DNA of 64,000 nucleotides, taken from assembly GCA_038727135.1 (NCBI GenBank), contig JAVYWL010000004.1, positions 32,001 through 96,000 of the forward strand, in the 5' to 3' direction. Source of the stretch: Candidatus Bathyarchaeia archaeon. Its GTDB lineage: Archaea > Thermoproteota > Bathyarchaeia > Bathyarchaeales > Bathycorpusculaceae. A model generated the notes under the pieces. That model saw only the letters and a program-made list of their open reading frames with translations, was not told the origin of the DNA and made no database searches. Shown here piece after piece: positions 39,611 to 48,817 of the stretch; position 1 is the first letter of the stretch; each line of letters begins with the position of its first letter. The translations under genes and the position numbers were made by a program.

Positions 39611-40363
39611 TTGTCCAATAACCCTAGTGAAAAACAAGTCTTCTACTCTACAGGAGTTAGAGGACTTGACAAAATCCTTGGTGGCGGATTGTTATTAGGT
39701 GAAAATGTTTTATGGGAGGTTGAATCTGGAACATTTGCAAGGGAATTCTTATACTCTTTTATGCGGCAAGGCATAATTGAAGGGAACCAAGTTATATATT
39801 TGGAATTTATTTATCCCCCTCAAGCAATTATGCTACAATTAGAGCCATTAACCAAAACTTTGCCAGAAGGTTGGGAAAAGAAACTCCTAGTTTTGGATTG
39901 TTTTTCAGAAGCCGCAGGGCAAGGCGAATTAATATTTAACGACTTTTATGATAAAGCCCCAAGCTGGATTAGAAAAGTTCCAAGCTCAAAGGATCCGGAT
40001 CGTTTCCATCACTTCTTTGGAAGAATTGAAAGGGAATTTGTGACGCCTGGAACTCGACTTATTTTCAACAGTTTATCAATAATGGAGCACAATTGGGGAA
40101 GGGATGCTGTTAAAGCATTCTTTGGTCATGTTTGTCCGGCACTGTATGCTTACCAAACTCTCGCCTACTGGACCATGGCTAAAAATGCCCATCCCAAAGA
40201 GTTCTGCGCCCTAATAGAGCACATGACACAAGTGGTTATAGACCTCACTAGACAGGAGAATAAGAACTTTTTATGGATTAAGAAGGCTGGCGGAAGATAT
40301 AATCCCCAAACCTACACAAGACGAGAGTACACGGTCGATGGGTTGAATATAGAGATTCACTAG
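39611..40363 (+). CDS. KaiC/RAD55/RecA-superfamily domain protein with degenerate Walker motifs
   Basis: STGVRGLDKILGGG; Walker A position reads EVESGTFAREF; Walker B position reads LIFNSLS; QVVIDL. Confidence 0.8.
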   Translation: MSNNPSEKQVFYSTGVRGLDKILGGGLLLGENVLWEVESGTFAREFLYSFMRQGIIEGNQVIYLEFIYPPQAIMLQLEPLTKTLPEGWEKKLLVLDCFSEAAGQGELIFNDFYDKAPSWIRKVPSSKDPDRFHHFFGRIEREFVTPGTRLIFNSLSIMEHNWGRDAVKAFFGHVCPALYAYQTLAYWTMAKNAHPKEFCALIEHMTQVVIDLTRQENKNFLWIKKAGGRYNPQTYTRREYTVDGLNIEIH

Positions 40364-40370
40364 CCTTCTA

Positions 40371-40388
40371 ATGTACAAGAATGTTCAT
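40371..40388. promoter_or_regulatory. ATGTWCA pair upstream of the glutamate-synthase-like gene
   Basis: ATGTACA 40371 and ATGTTCA 40381, 10 bp apart, upstream of TTTAAA boxes. Confidence 0.5.
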
Positions 40389-40473
40389 TTTTTTGTTACT
40401 TTTAGGATAACATTTAAATGTGGACGAAATTTTAAACCTTCCACACGGTTTACAAACGTAAAGGTGAAAATGT

Positions 40474-42081
40474 ATGACGGAACGAGTTTTCAGAAACAGC
40501 TCATACCTAAATGCAAAATCAACAACGGGAACAACAACCCGCGTCAAGGACACAAGCCCCACAAGCGGCATGTGCCCCATATGCATCCGCGACTGCCCAA
40601 TACTCTGCGAAATAGGATTGTCAGCATTTAGAGGAAGAGAGGCTCTCTATCCAGAACCAGTGCAATTCGGCTTCAGCACCGCCGGAGCCTTAAAGGACTT
40701 CGGCTTAGACTGGTCCCACTTTAACATACAAGCAAGCCTCTTCGAAGCCCATGGAATAAAGGAAGACCCGGATTTGGCATTGTTCCCCAACGTGAACATA
40801 GAAACAAAAGTTGGAGGCATACCGCTTAAAGTCCCCATATTATGTGGCGCTTTCGGCTCTACTGATGTTGCGAGGCTGAATTGGGAAGGCTTAGCCATAG
40901 GCACAGCCCTCTCAGGCGCCATGATAATCGTAGGCGAAAATGTTTGCGGCATGGACCCAGAGGCCCAATTCACAAACGGCAAAGTAACCTACTCAAAGGA
41001 GCTAAAGCGCAGAGTCGACCTATTCAGAAAATTCTGGGATGGAAAATACGGTGAAATAGCCGTTCAAACAAATGTTGAAGACCAGAGGCTTGGCGTAGAC
41101 GTTTACGCCATATCAAAGCTAGAAGTCAATGTCATAGAGAGAAAGTGGGGACAAGGAGCAAAAGCCATAGGCGGCGAAGTCCGCGTAAGAGACCTTGAAA
41201 GAGCCATAATGCTAAAGAAAAGAGGCTACATAGTAATCCCAGACCCAGAGGACCCAGCAGTACAGCAGGCCTTCAAAGACGGCGTATTCAAATCCTTTGA
41301 AAGGCACAGCAGAGTTGGCATACCAAAGGAGAAAAACGTGATAGAGGATGTAGAATGGCTGAGGAAACAGGGAGCAAAACATGTAACTCTAAAAACAGGC
41401 GCTTACAGGCCGTCAGCAGTGGCATACACCTTGAAAATAGCTTCTGAGGCAAAGATTGATGCTGTATACTTTGACGGGGCGGGCGGCGGCACTGGCATGA
41501 GCCCTGTTCCAATGATGGACGAGATGGGTATTCCAACAGTTTATCTAGAAGCCATTGTGCTTAAGTGCGCCCAAATATTGAAGAAGAAAGGCCGCTATGT
41601 GCCGGATATAATCATGGCTGGAGGCTTCATAAACGAAACTCAAATTTTCAAGGCCATAGCCATGAGCAACTTTGGAGATGGACCATTTGTGAAAGCCGTT
41701 TTGATGGGCCGTTCTCCACTTACTGCTGTGATGAAGGCAAGCTACTTCAAACAGTTGGCTGAAGAGGGAAAACTTCCAAAGGCTTTTGCCGACAAGTTTG
41801 GCGCAACTCCAGAGAAGTTCTTCATAGCTGTTCCAGAGCTAAAGGCGAAGTATGGAGAACGTTTCAAGGAAATCCCGTGGGAAGCTGTAGCCCTATACAC
41901 TTACTTGACGGACCGCATAGGTGTTGGGCTAAAGCAGCTATTGGCTGGCGCAAGGAAATGGCGACTAGACCTGATCAACAGAAACGACCTAATGAGCCTC
42001 TCGGAGCTTGCAGCCAAAGTAACCGGTATACCATTAGCCCACGAGGCAGAAGCAGACGCCATAGAAAGAATTTTAGACTAG
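40474..42081 (+). CDS. Stand-alone FMN-binding glutamate synthase family (GltB2-like) protein
   Basis: KWGQGAKAIGGE, DGAGGGTGMSP, MAGG, LMGR; N-terminal CxxCxxxCxxxC. Confidence 0.85.
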   Translation: MTERVFRNSSYLNAKSTTGTTTRVKDTSPTSGMCPICIRDCPILCEIGLSAFRGREALYPEPVQFGFSTAGALKDFGLDWSHFNIQASLFEAHGIKEDPDLALFPNVNIETKVGGIPLKVPILCGAFGSTDVARLNWEGLAIGTALSGAMIIVGENVCGMDPEAQFTNGKVTYSKELKRRVDLFRKFWDGKYGEIAVQTNVEDQRLGVDVYAISKLEVNVIERKWGQGAKAIGGEVRVRDLERAIMLKKRGYIVIPDPEDPAVQQAFKDGVFKSFERHSRVGIPKEKNVIEDVEWLRKQGAKHVTLKTGAYRPSAVAYTLKIASEAKIDAVYFDGAGGGTGMSPVPMMDEMGIPTVYLEAIVLKCAQILKKKGRYVPDIIMAGGFINETQIFKAIAMSNFGDGPFVKAVLMGRSPLTAVMKASYFKQLAEEGKLPKAFADKFGATPEKFFIAVPELKAKYGERFKEIPWEAVALYTYLTDRIGVGLKQLLAGARKWRLDLINRNDLMSLSELAAKVTGIPLAHEAEADAIERILD

Positions 42082-42155
42082 CCCCCTCCCTTCTTTTTCT
42101 TCCAGCTTAACAGCCAACCTTTTAAGGCTTTTCAGAATAGTAGTTTTGGAGGTAA

Positions 42156-43412
42156 ATGCTTATGGAAAAGAGCTACTCCGCCCTAGATACCGCGCTGGAA
42201 CAGTTGAGAATAGCCGCAGAAAAACTTGAACTTGACCCTGGGCTGCATGAGATGCTTAAATATCCAAAAAGGACGCTTACGGTTTCTGTAAACATTAAAA
42301 TGGACGATGGCACAATCAAAACGTTCCTAGGCTGCCGTGTTCAACACAACGATGCGAGGGGACCCTTTAAAGGTGGCATAAGATACCACCCAAACGTAAC
42401 CTTGGACGAGGTTACGGCGTTAGCCATGTGGATGACTTGGAAATGCGCTGTCGTCGACATCCCATATGGAGGAGCTAAAGGAGGAGTTTGCTGTAACCCA
42501 AAGGAAATGTCCAAAGGCGAACTTGAAAGGCTAACAAGGCGATACGTAAGCCTAATTTTAGACCTAATTGGACCATATCGTGATGTGCCGGCGCCGGATG
42601 TTTACACAGACGCCCAAACAATGGCCTGGATAATGGACACCTATAGCCAGTTTAAGGGTTACAGCGTCCCTGAATGTGTTACCGGGAAGCCTTTAAGTGT
42701 TGGAGGTTCTGAAGGAAGGGTCGAAGCCACATCCCTTGGTGTTATGTTCTGCGCGAGGGAAGCTGCAAAAATCCTCGGTTTAAAAATGAAAGATGCAAGA
42801 TTTGTGGTTCAAGGGTTTGGCAACGTAGGATGGAACGCCGCAAAAATAGCCTACGATTGGGGATGTAAAATAATAGGTGTAAGCGACTCCAGCGGAGGAA
42901 TCTATTGCAAGGAAGGATTAAACCCCTACAAGGTTTATGAGCATAAGGCGAAAACAGGTTCCGTCCTAAACTTTGAAGGATGCAAAAACATCACTAACGA
43001 GGAGTTGTTGGAGTTAGAATGTGACATTCTTGTGCCGGCAGCCTTAGAGAATCAGATAACAAAGGCAAACGCAGACAAAATAAAAGCAAAAATAATAGCC
43101 GAAGGAGCCAACGGACCAACAACCCCAGAAGCCGACAAGGTGCTCAATGAAAAAGGTGTGTTCCTAATTCCAGACATTTTAGCAAACTCCGGCGGCGTCA
43201 CAGTAAGCTATTTTGAATGGGTTCAAAACTTAACAAGGGAGCACTGGACCTTAGAGGAAGTGAACCAGAAACTTGAAAGAAAAATGGTAAAGGCATTTAA
43301 CGACGTCTACAAAACCTCAAAGGACGAGGAAGAACCAATGCGAACAGCTGCCCTAATGCTTGGAGTGGGACGGGTGGCTGAAGCAATAAAGACTTTAGGC
43401 TTGTGGCCTTAA
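42156..43412 (+). CDS. gdhA: Glutamate dehydrogenase (canonical length)
   Basis: [45 protein letters not shown]. Confidence 0.95.
   Translation: MLMEKSYSALDTALEQLRIAAEKLELDPGLHEMLKYPKRTLTVSVNIKMDDGTIKTFLGCRVQHNDARGPFKGGIRYHPNVTLDEVTALAMWMTWKCAVVDIPYGGAKGGVCCNPKEMSKGELERLTRRYVSLILDLIGPYRDVPAPDVYTDAQTMAWIMDTYSQFKGYSVPECVTGKPLSVGGSEGRVEATSLGVMFCAREAAKILGLKMKDARFVVQGFGNVGWNAAKIAYDWGCKIIGVSDSSGGIYCKEGLNPYKVYEHKAKTGSVLNFEGCKNITNEELLELECDILVPAALENQITKANADKIKAKIIAEGANGPTTPEADKVLNEKGVFLIPDILANSGGVTVSYFEWVQNLTREHWTLEEVNQKLERKMVKAFNDVYKTSKDEEEPMRTAALMLGVGRVAEAIKTLGLWP
42582..42637. repeat. 56-bp perfect inverted repeat, copy 2
   Basis: gatgtgccggcgccggatg...tggataatgga matches 38478-38533 reversed. 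Confidence 0.92.
43032..43136. repeat. 105-bp perfect inverted repeat, copy 2
   Basis: gtgccggcagcc...gaagccgac matches 37979-38083 reversed. Confidence 0.93.
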
Positions 43413-43521
43413 CAGCGATTATGAACTTTGAAAATTCCAAACCCTTTTGTCACATTTTTTAGACTACGCTTTTTATATCTTCCAAAAAGAGTAGTAGAAT
43501 CGGTTGAAAGGAGAAAGTGCT

Positions 43522-44103
43522 GTGCAAGTGAATATTTCCGGAAAAATTAAAGCCTTAGATTTCGTGTTTGAGAACTCACCAGTTAAGGTTATTGCCAACC
43601 GCAACTGCCCAGAAATTAGGCTGGCAGGATTAACCGTCGGCCCATTTGAGGAAGGAAACGAGTACGAGGTTATGTATTGGGTTGCGAGGGAGCTTGAAAA
43701 GTTTGGCGTTGTACGATTCAGAACCGAGGAGTTGCTTGATTCGGCTAAGCTTTACAAGATTCACTGGAAAGAGCGGGTGCAGACGGCTGGACAAGTTTCA
43801 GAACTTCCAAAGGACTTTTATCCTAAATTACGCAGATACTTGAAGGAGCTGAAAGAAGAGGCGGGTAAGCATCCGGAGAAAATGCGGGAATATGAGAAGG
43901 TGAAACAGTTGGCACTTGACATTTTAAACTTGCGGTTAAAGAAAATTATCTCCTTGGCTTCTGCTCCAGCCCAAACAGAGCATGTTTTGAGGCCCCTCAC
44001 AGCAGAAGAAAGGCTCCTTTACGAGCAGATTTTTAGGCTGATCAATAAGTGGAGAGCCCAATTGCTTGAACAAGAAAGCGAGGGAGGCGAAAAGGAGAAA
44101 TGA
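43522..44103 (+). CDS. GINS complex subunit (Gins23-type)
   Basis: B-domain first (YWVARELEK), LPKDFY, RLKKII, LTAEE; overlaps mcm start. Confidence 0.8.
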   Translation: MQVNISGKIKALDFVFENSPVKVIANRNCPEIRLAGLTVGPFEEGNEYEVMYWVARELEKFGVVRFRTEELLDSAKLYKIHWKERVQTAGQVSELPKDFYPKLRRYLKELKEEAGKHPEKMREYEKVKQLALDILNLRLKKIISLASAPAQTEHVLRPLTAEERLLYEQIFRLINKWRAQLLEQESEGGEKEK

Positions 44104-46133
44104 CCGAAGAGCTGGAAGTAATAGATCCGCAGGAGCGTTTTCTAGAGCTATTCAAGACGGAGAAATACCGCCAAAGAATCTCCCAGCTGGCGGTTTCTGG
44201 AAAAACATCGCTAATCGTCGAATTTGAAGACATCCTCACATTCGACCATAGGCTTGCAGACCAGCTTCTTGAAAAGCCAGATGAATATTTGAAACATGCA
44301 GACAATGCGGCCCAAAACCAGCTAGCCATAGAGGCCCCAGAATACGCAGAAAAACAAAAGGTAACTGTTCGGATTGTTAGGCTTTTGGAACCAACTCCTC
44401 TGCGGAAGCTCGGCGCAGCCCATATTGGAAAGCTGGTAATGATTGAAGGCATAGTTGTCCGTTCAACACCAGTCCGCCCGATGGTGATGCGGGCAGCCTT
44501 CAAATGTAGGGGATGCGGAAACATAACGTATGTGGACCAAACTGGTCCTTTTCTCAAGGCTCCATTTGCATGCGCCGATCCTTCATGTAGGCGAAAGGGA
44601 CCCTTCGACTTCGTGCAGGAAGAATCAACATTCATAGATTCGCAGGACCTTCGTGTGCAAGAGCGCCCAGAAGACCTCCCGCCGGGACAGCTTCCGCGCA
44701 CATTACATGTTAAGCTTGTTGGAAGCGAAATTGTTGACGTGGCTAGGCCGGGCGACCACGTTTCGATTGTGGGCATTGTTCGCGCCGCAGCCCCAACCAT
44801 GCCTAGAGTTGGAAAACTTCGCACATTCGTCTTACATTTAGATACAAATTCTATCGAAGTTTTAGGGAAAGAGCCCGAAGCAACGCTTCCCTCACCTGAA
44901 GAGGAGAAGAAAATCCTAGAACTCGCAAAGGACCCGTGGATACATAGGAAAATAATAAACTCTATTGCACCCTCAATTTACGGCTACGAACATGTAAAGG
45001 AGGCGATAATGTACCTTCTCTTTGGCGGCGTTCCAAAAACGCTCCCAGACATATCAATAAGGGGCGAACTAAACATTCTTTTGGTGGGCGACCCAGGAAC
45101 AGCCAAGTCCCAACTCCTGCAGTATGTGGCGCGAGTTGCTCCTAGAGGACTTTATACTTCCGGCAGGGGAACGACTGCGGCTGGTTTGACGGCGGCGGTT
45201 ATACGCGAAAAGGGCGGCGGAATGAGCCTTGAAGCCGGTGCCCTTGTGCTTGCGGATAAGGGAATAGCCTGTATAGACGAGATAGATAAAATGCGCCCAG
45301 AAGATCGTGTTGCAATCCATGAAGCCATGGAACAGCACACGGTTTCTGTAGCGAAAGGTGGCATAGTGGCAACCCTTAACGCTCGGACAGCTATACTTGC
45401 GGCTGCAAACCCCGCATTGGGCAGATATGAATCCCGTCGAACGATAGCTGAGAACATTTCGCTTCCTGTGACTATTCTCTCAAGGTTTGACCTAATCTTT
45501 GTGCTGAGAGACGTCCCAAACAAGGAAATTGATGGCAAAATGTCAGAGCACATTCTTGAAATTCACCGTAAAGGCTTAAGCCCTGTGGAGCCGCCCATAC
45601 CCCTAGAACTCTTGCGAAAATACATAAGCTATGCAAAGACGATAAAACCAGCCCTAACCAGTGAGGCACTACAACGCCTAAAAGACTTCTATTTGGCTAT
45701 GCGTTCAGCAAGCGAATCAGAAGGCTCTCCAATTGCGATAACTGCCCGACAACTGGAATCACTCATACGTTTAGCCGAAGCTAGAGCCAGAGCCGCCCTT
45801 AGAACAGAAGTTTTGGCAGAGGACGCTGAAGCAGCCATAAACATAATGAAGCGCTCATTAGAAGAGGTTGGAATAGACATGTCCTCATACAAATTTGACA
45901 TAGACCTCATAATGACTGGAAAGCCGAAAAGCCTAAGGGACAAGCTGCAAGTGCTGCTTTCGGTGCTGACGGAAATGGAGAAAGAAATAGGAATGGTTGA
46001 CAAGACAGCTTTAATCAACAGGCTTGAAACAGAATACAAAATTCCGAGAATCGAGGCTGAACGCCTAATCAACCAACTCTTACGTGAGGGAACAATTTAT
46101 GAGCCTAGGGAAGGCTACTTAAAAAAGACCTAA
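44100..46133 (+). CDS. mcm: MCM replicative helicase
   Basis: Zn finger, GDPGTAKSQ, IDEIDKM, HEAMEQ, LSRFD, ITARQLE; no intein. Confidence 0.97.
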   Translation: MTEELEVIDPQERFLELFKTEKYRQRISQLAVSGKTSLIVEFEDILTFDHRLADQLLEKPDEYLKHADNAAQNQLAIEAPEYAEKQKVTVRIVRLLEPTPLRKLGAAHIGKLVMIEGIVVRSTPVRPMVMRAAFKCRGCGNITYVDQTGPFLKAPFACADPSCRRKGPFDFVQEESTFIDSQDLRVQERPEDLPPGQLPRTLHVKLVGSEIVDVARPGDHVSIVGIVRAAAPTMPRVGKLRTFVLHLDTNSIEVLGKEPEATLPSPEEEKKILELAKDPWIHRKIINSIAPSIYGYEHVKEAIMYLLFGGVPKTLPDISIRGELNILLVGDPGTAKSQLLQYVARVAPRGLYTSGRGTTAAGLTAAVIREKGGGMSLEAGALVLADKGIACIDEIDKMRPEDRVAIHEAMEQHTVSVAKGGIVATLNARTAILAAANPALGRYESRRTIAENISLPVTILSRFDLIFVLRDVPNKEIDGKMSEHILEIHRKGLSPVEPPIPLELLRKYISYAKTIKPALTSEALQRLKDFYLAMRSASESEGSPIAITARQLESLIRLAEARARAALRTEVLAEDAEAAINIMKRSLEEVGIDMSSYKFDIDLIMTGKPKSLRDKLQVLLSVLTEMEKEIGMVDKTALINRLETEYKIPRIEAERLINQLLREGTIYEPREGYLKKT

Positions 46134-46176
46134 GCTAGTCCTTGATTTTTGTAAGGAAAAAGGGCGATTTGCAATG

Positions 46177-46755
46177 TTATTCTGCAGCTTCAACGTTGGC
46201 TTCAACGTAGTACTGTGCATTTGCCGTGAAAACTGTTATGCCCACTGTTTGGCCGACGTCTTTTGAGGATATGCTGTCAGGGTTCTCTATATATATGACT
46301 ATGGTCCATCCGGACCTCAACGTCAAGTCACTTGTAGCTTGCTGGAAAACCTCACCGTCGCCAAGATACCCAAATGCCTCCTTCCAAACAGCTGGGTCGG
46401 TTATTTCGCTCGGCTTAATTTTTGTCACATTTAAGTCTGCTGAAATTGTTTTGCTATCTGTTCTCCAATAATAAACCTTTGACCATTGACATTCCTGTCC
46501 TCTAACGGATATTTTGTCGATTACAACATCTCTTCCACCGGTGTTTATTATAACCAAGGCTGCCTCAGCCCAATCTCCAGTGGTGTTGTACCATACATGT
46601 TGCTTGCTTAAGTGAAGTGATTCCTCTTGAACACGGGTTGTCACAACGTTTATGGCGTAGAACGTTACAATGGTTGCGAGGAGCACCGAAACCACTAGGA
46701 TTATTAGGGTTGTTACTACAACGCTTAAACCTCTAACATTCCTTAACAGACGCAT
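46177..46755 (-). CDS. Type IV pilin/archaellin-like protein with class III signal peptide
   Basis: MRLLRNVRG/LSVVVTTLIILVVSVLLA, NTGGRD; start reassigned to ATG 46755. Confidence 0.8.
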   Translation of the reverse strand: MRLLRNVRGLSVVVTTLIILVVSVLLATIVTFYAINVVTTRVQEESLHLSKQHVWYNTTGDWAEAALVIINTGGRDVVIDKISVRGQECQWSKVYYWRTDSKTISADLNVTKIKPSEITDPAVWKEAFGYLGDGEVFQQATSDLTLRSGWTIVIYIENPDSISSKDVGQTVGITVFTANAQYYVEANVEAAE

Positions 46756-46956
46756 ACATTCATCTCCAAGACCTTTTTGTTGACATTTAAAATAGAAAAG
46801 GAAAGTAATACGATTTGTACGTAGCAGAAACCAACGCAAGTTAAGGATTCTAATCAAAATTTTTGACTTTGTGAACATATTAAGATTAAATTTTATTAGT
46901 GTACATTACCAATTAGAAGCGTTAAGAAATGCAAAGTTAAACCATGTGAAGCGCTG

Positions 46957-48042
46957 ATGAAAAACTTGATGGTTGTTGTTGGAACAAGACCGGAAATAAT
47001 CAAAATGGCACCCATTATTAAAATATTGCAAAAAAGCGAAATCCCATTCACCCTTGCTCATTGTGGACAACATTATGACAATAACATGTCACAACAGTTC
47101 ATCGAAGAACTTGGGCTTCCTATGCCAGATTATAACTGTAAAGTTAGAGCACGCTCACAAGGGGAGCAAACCGCCAGCATAATCAAACATATGGAACATC
47201 TTTTAAAGAAAGCAAAGCCAACCATGATCCTTGTTGAAGGAGACACAAATGGGGTTCTTGCAACAACGCTAGCCTCGGTTAAGCTTGGCATCCCCGTTGG
47301 TCATGTTGAAGCTGGGTTGAGAAGCTTTGATTTGCGCATGCCAGAAGAACACAACAGACGACTAACAGATCATGCATCTACGTACCTTTTTGCACCCACA
47401 GAAAACGCGGAGGCCAATCTTAAGAGGGAATCTGTTTGGGGGAAAATCTATGTGACTGGAAATACAGTCATAGACGTCGTGATGCGGTATGCGCCAGTAG
47501 CTGAAAAGAAATCAAAGATAATGGAGAAAATTCGCTTCGAAAGATTCGCCTTAGCAACAGCGCATAGAGCTGAAAATGTTGATGACCCGTTAGTTCTGAA
47601 AAATTTTATGGAAGCTTTCATGGAGGCGCCCATACCAATCGTCTATCCAGTTCATCCCCGCACACAAAAGAGATTAAAACAAAACAGAATTTACACCAAA
47701 ATTAAAAAGTCAAGGAACCTCCAACTTTTGCCACCTTTGGGCTATCTGGACTTTTTGATGCTAATGAAGAAATGCGAAATTATTCTCACAGATTCTGGTG
47801 GCATACAAGAAGAGGCAACCGCCCCACAAATAAGAAAACCAGTTTTAGTTTTACGCACATCAACTGAAAGACCAGAGGCTGTTGAAGCCGGATTCGCAAC
47901 GGTTGTAGGCACAGAAAAGCAAAACATACTAGAAGCCATAAAAGGAACCATAGATAACCAGAAGGAGTTGCCCACGGAATCACCTTTTGGAAGGGGCGAC
48001 GCCGCTGAACAAATTGTCAAAATAATTGAGGAAAATTTCTAA
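46957..48042 (+). CDS. wecB: UDP-N-acetylglucosamine 2-epimerase (non-hydrolysing)
   Basis: GTRPEIIK, GQHYD, GDTN, HVEAGLRS, PEEHNR, TDSGGIQEEA. Confidence 0.95.
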   Translation: MKNLMVVVGTRPEIIKMAPIIKILQKSEIPFTLAHCGQHYDNNMSQQFIEELGLPMPDYNCKVRARSQGEQTASIIKHMEHLLKKAKPTMILVEGDTNGVLATTLASVKLGIPVGHVEAGLRSFDLRMPEEHNRRLTDHASTYLFAPTENAEANLKRESVWGKIYVTGNTVIDVVMRYAPVAEKKSKIMEKIRFERFALATAHRAENVDDPLVLKNFMEAFMEAPIPIVYPVHPRTQKRLKQNRIYTKIKKSRNLQLLPPLGYLDFLMLMKKCEIILTDSGGIQEEATAPQIRKPVLVLRTSTERPEAVEAGFATVVGTEKQNILEAIKGTIDNQKELPTESPFGRGDAAEQIVKIIEENF

Positions 48043-48046
48043 AAGG

Positions 48047-48817
48047 CTAGGAAATATAAGTAATCTTTTTGTCTTCTTCTCTACGCATTTCCTCAGCCTG
48101 CAACATCCTTTTCTCCTCAATCTTGCGCAGTCTCGCCACCATGCTCTCAGCTTTAGCTATTTCAGCATCTAAGCCAGTCAAGTCGACATTAATCCCCAAA
48201 ATTTTGAGCAAGACTTCCAGAACGCTTTTGGCTGCCTTTGGATCAGGTAAATACCCGCGCGTTTCGCCTAGAAGACATAAAGCCTCAATTTTCCTGAAAG
48301 GTGCTAAGCCTAGGATTAGCCCCGCAGTGCCAACTATCGGGCTTCCCATAGGGCTTATTACGGCATCGGCTTGCAAAGCCTTATTAAGAAGGCTTTGACT
48401 CGTGGCGGCTGCCACAACCTTTGGTTTTTCTGTCTCCACTCTGTAGCCGCCTATTGTTATAACAAGTTTTACGCCGTGTTTTTGGGCAAAGTCAAGTATA
48501 CTATTTGAAATTTCATATTGCCCCTCAATGGTTTGGGCTTGGCTGTCCCCTGTGAAAAGGATTAAGTCATTTTCTCCATTATCATTTTTCCAGAAGTAAA
48601 AAGTGCCCCGAAGAAGTCTGACACTTCCCTTTTTACTTACAAGCACAAAATATGGAAAATGCGGCGAATATAAATATGCAAGTTTCTGCGCCTTCAACTG
48701 TTTAATCAAGTAGCGGGTGGCAATTTTTCCAACAAGGCCTAGTCCCGGAAGCCCCTCAATTAATATCGGGTTTTTAAGTTCAACTTTTGTTAACTCCTTA
48801 ATTGTTGTTTCTTTCAT
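48047..48817 (-). CDS. PAC2-family proteasome assembly chaperone
   Basis: EGLPGLGLVGKIA, LLGET.GYLPDP, C-terminal YIS. Confidence 0.9.
   Translation of the reverse strand: MKETTIKELTKVELKNPILIEGLPGLGLVGKIATRYLIKQLKAQKLAYLYSPHFPYFVLVSKKGSVRLLRGTFYFWKNDNGENDLILFTGDSQAQTIEGQYEISNSILDFAQKHGVKLVITIGGYRVETEKPKVVAAATSQSLLNKALQADAVISPMGSPIVGTAGLILGLAPFRKIEALCLLGETRGYLPDPKAAKSVLEVLLKILGINVDLTGLDAEIAKAESMVARLRKIEEKRMLQAEEMRREEDKKITYIS

Noticed and set aside
37617-40388. Short repeats as a CRISPR array or replication origin (ORB)
   Set aside because: They are only 7-8 bp, have no regular spacers, no cas or cdc6 genes nearby, and do not match the ORB consensus
9336-46133. Inteins in RNR, RFC or MCM
   Set aside because: Protein lengths are canonical and motifs are contiguous
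46756-46878. Long N-terminal leader on the pilin ORF
   Set aside because: The class III signal peptide begins at ATG 46755; the upstream sequence looks like AT-rich promoter DNA
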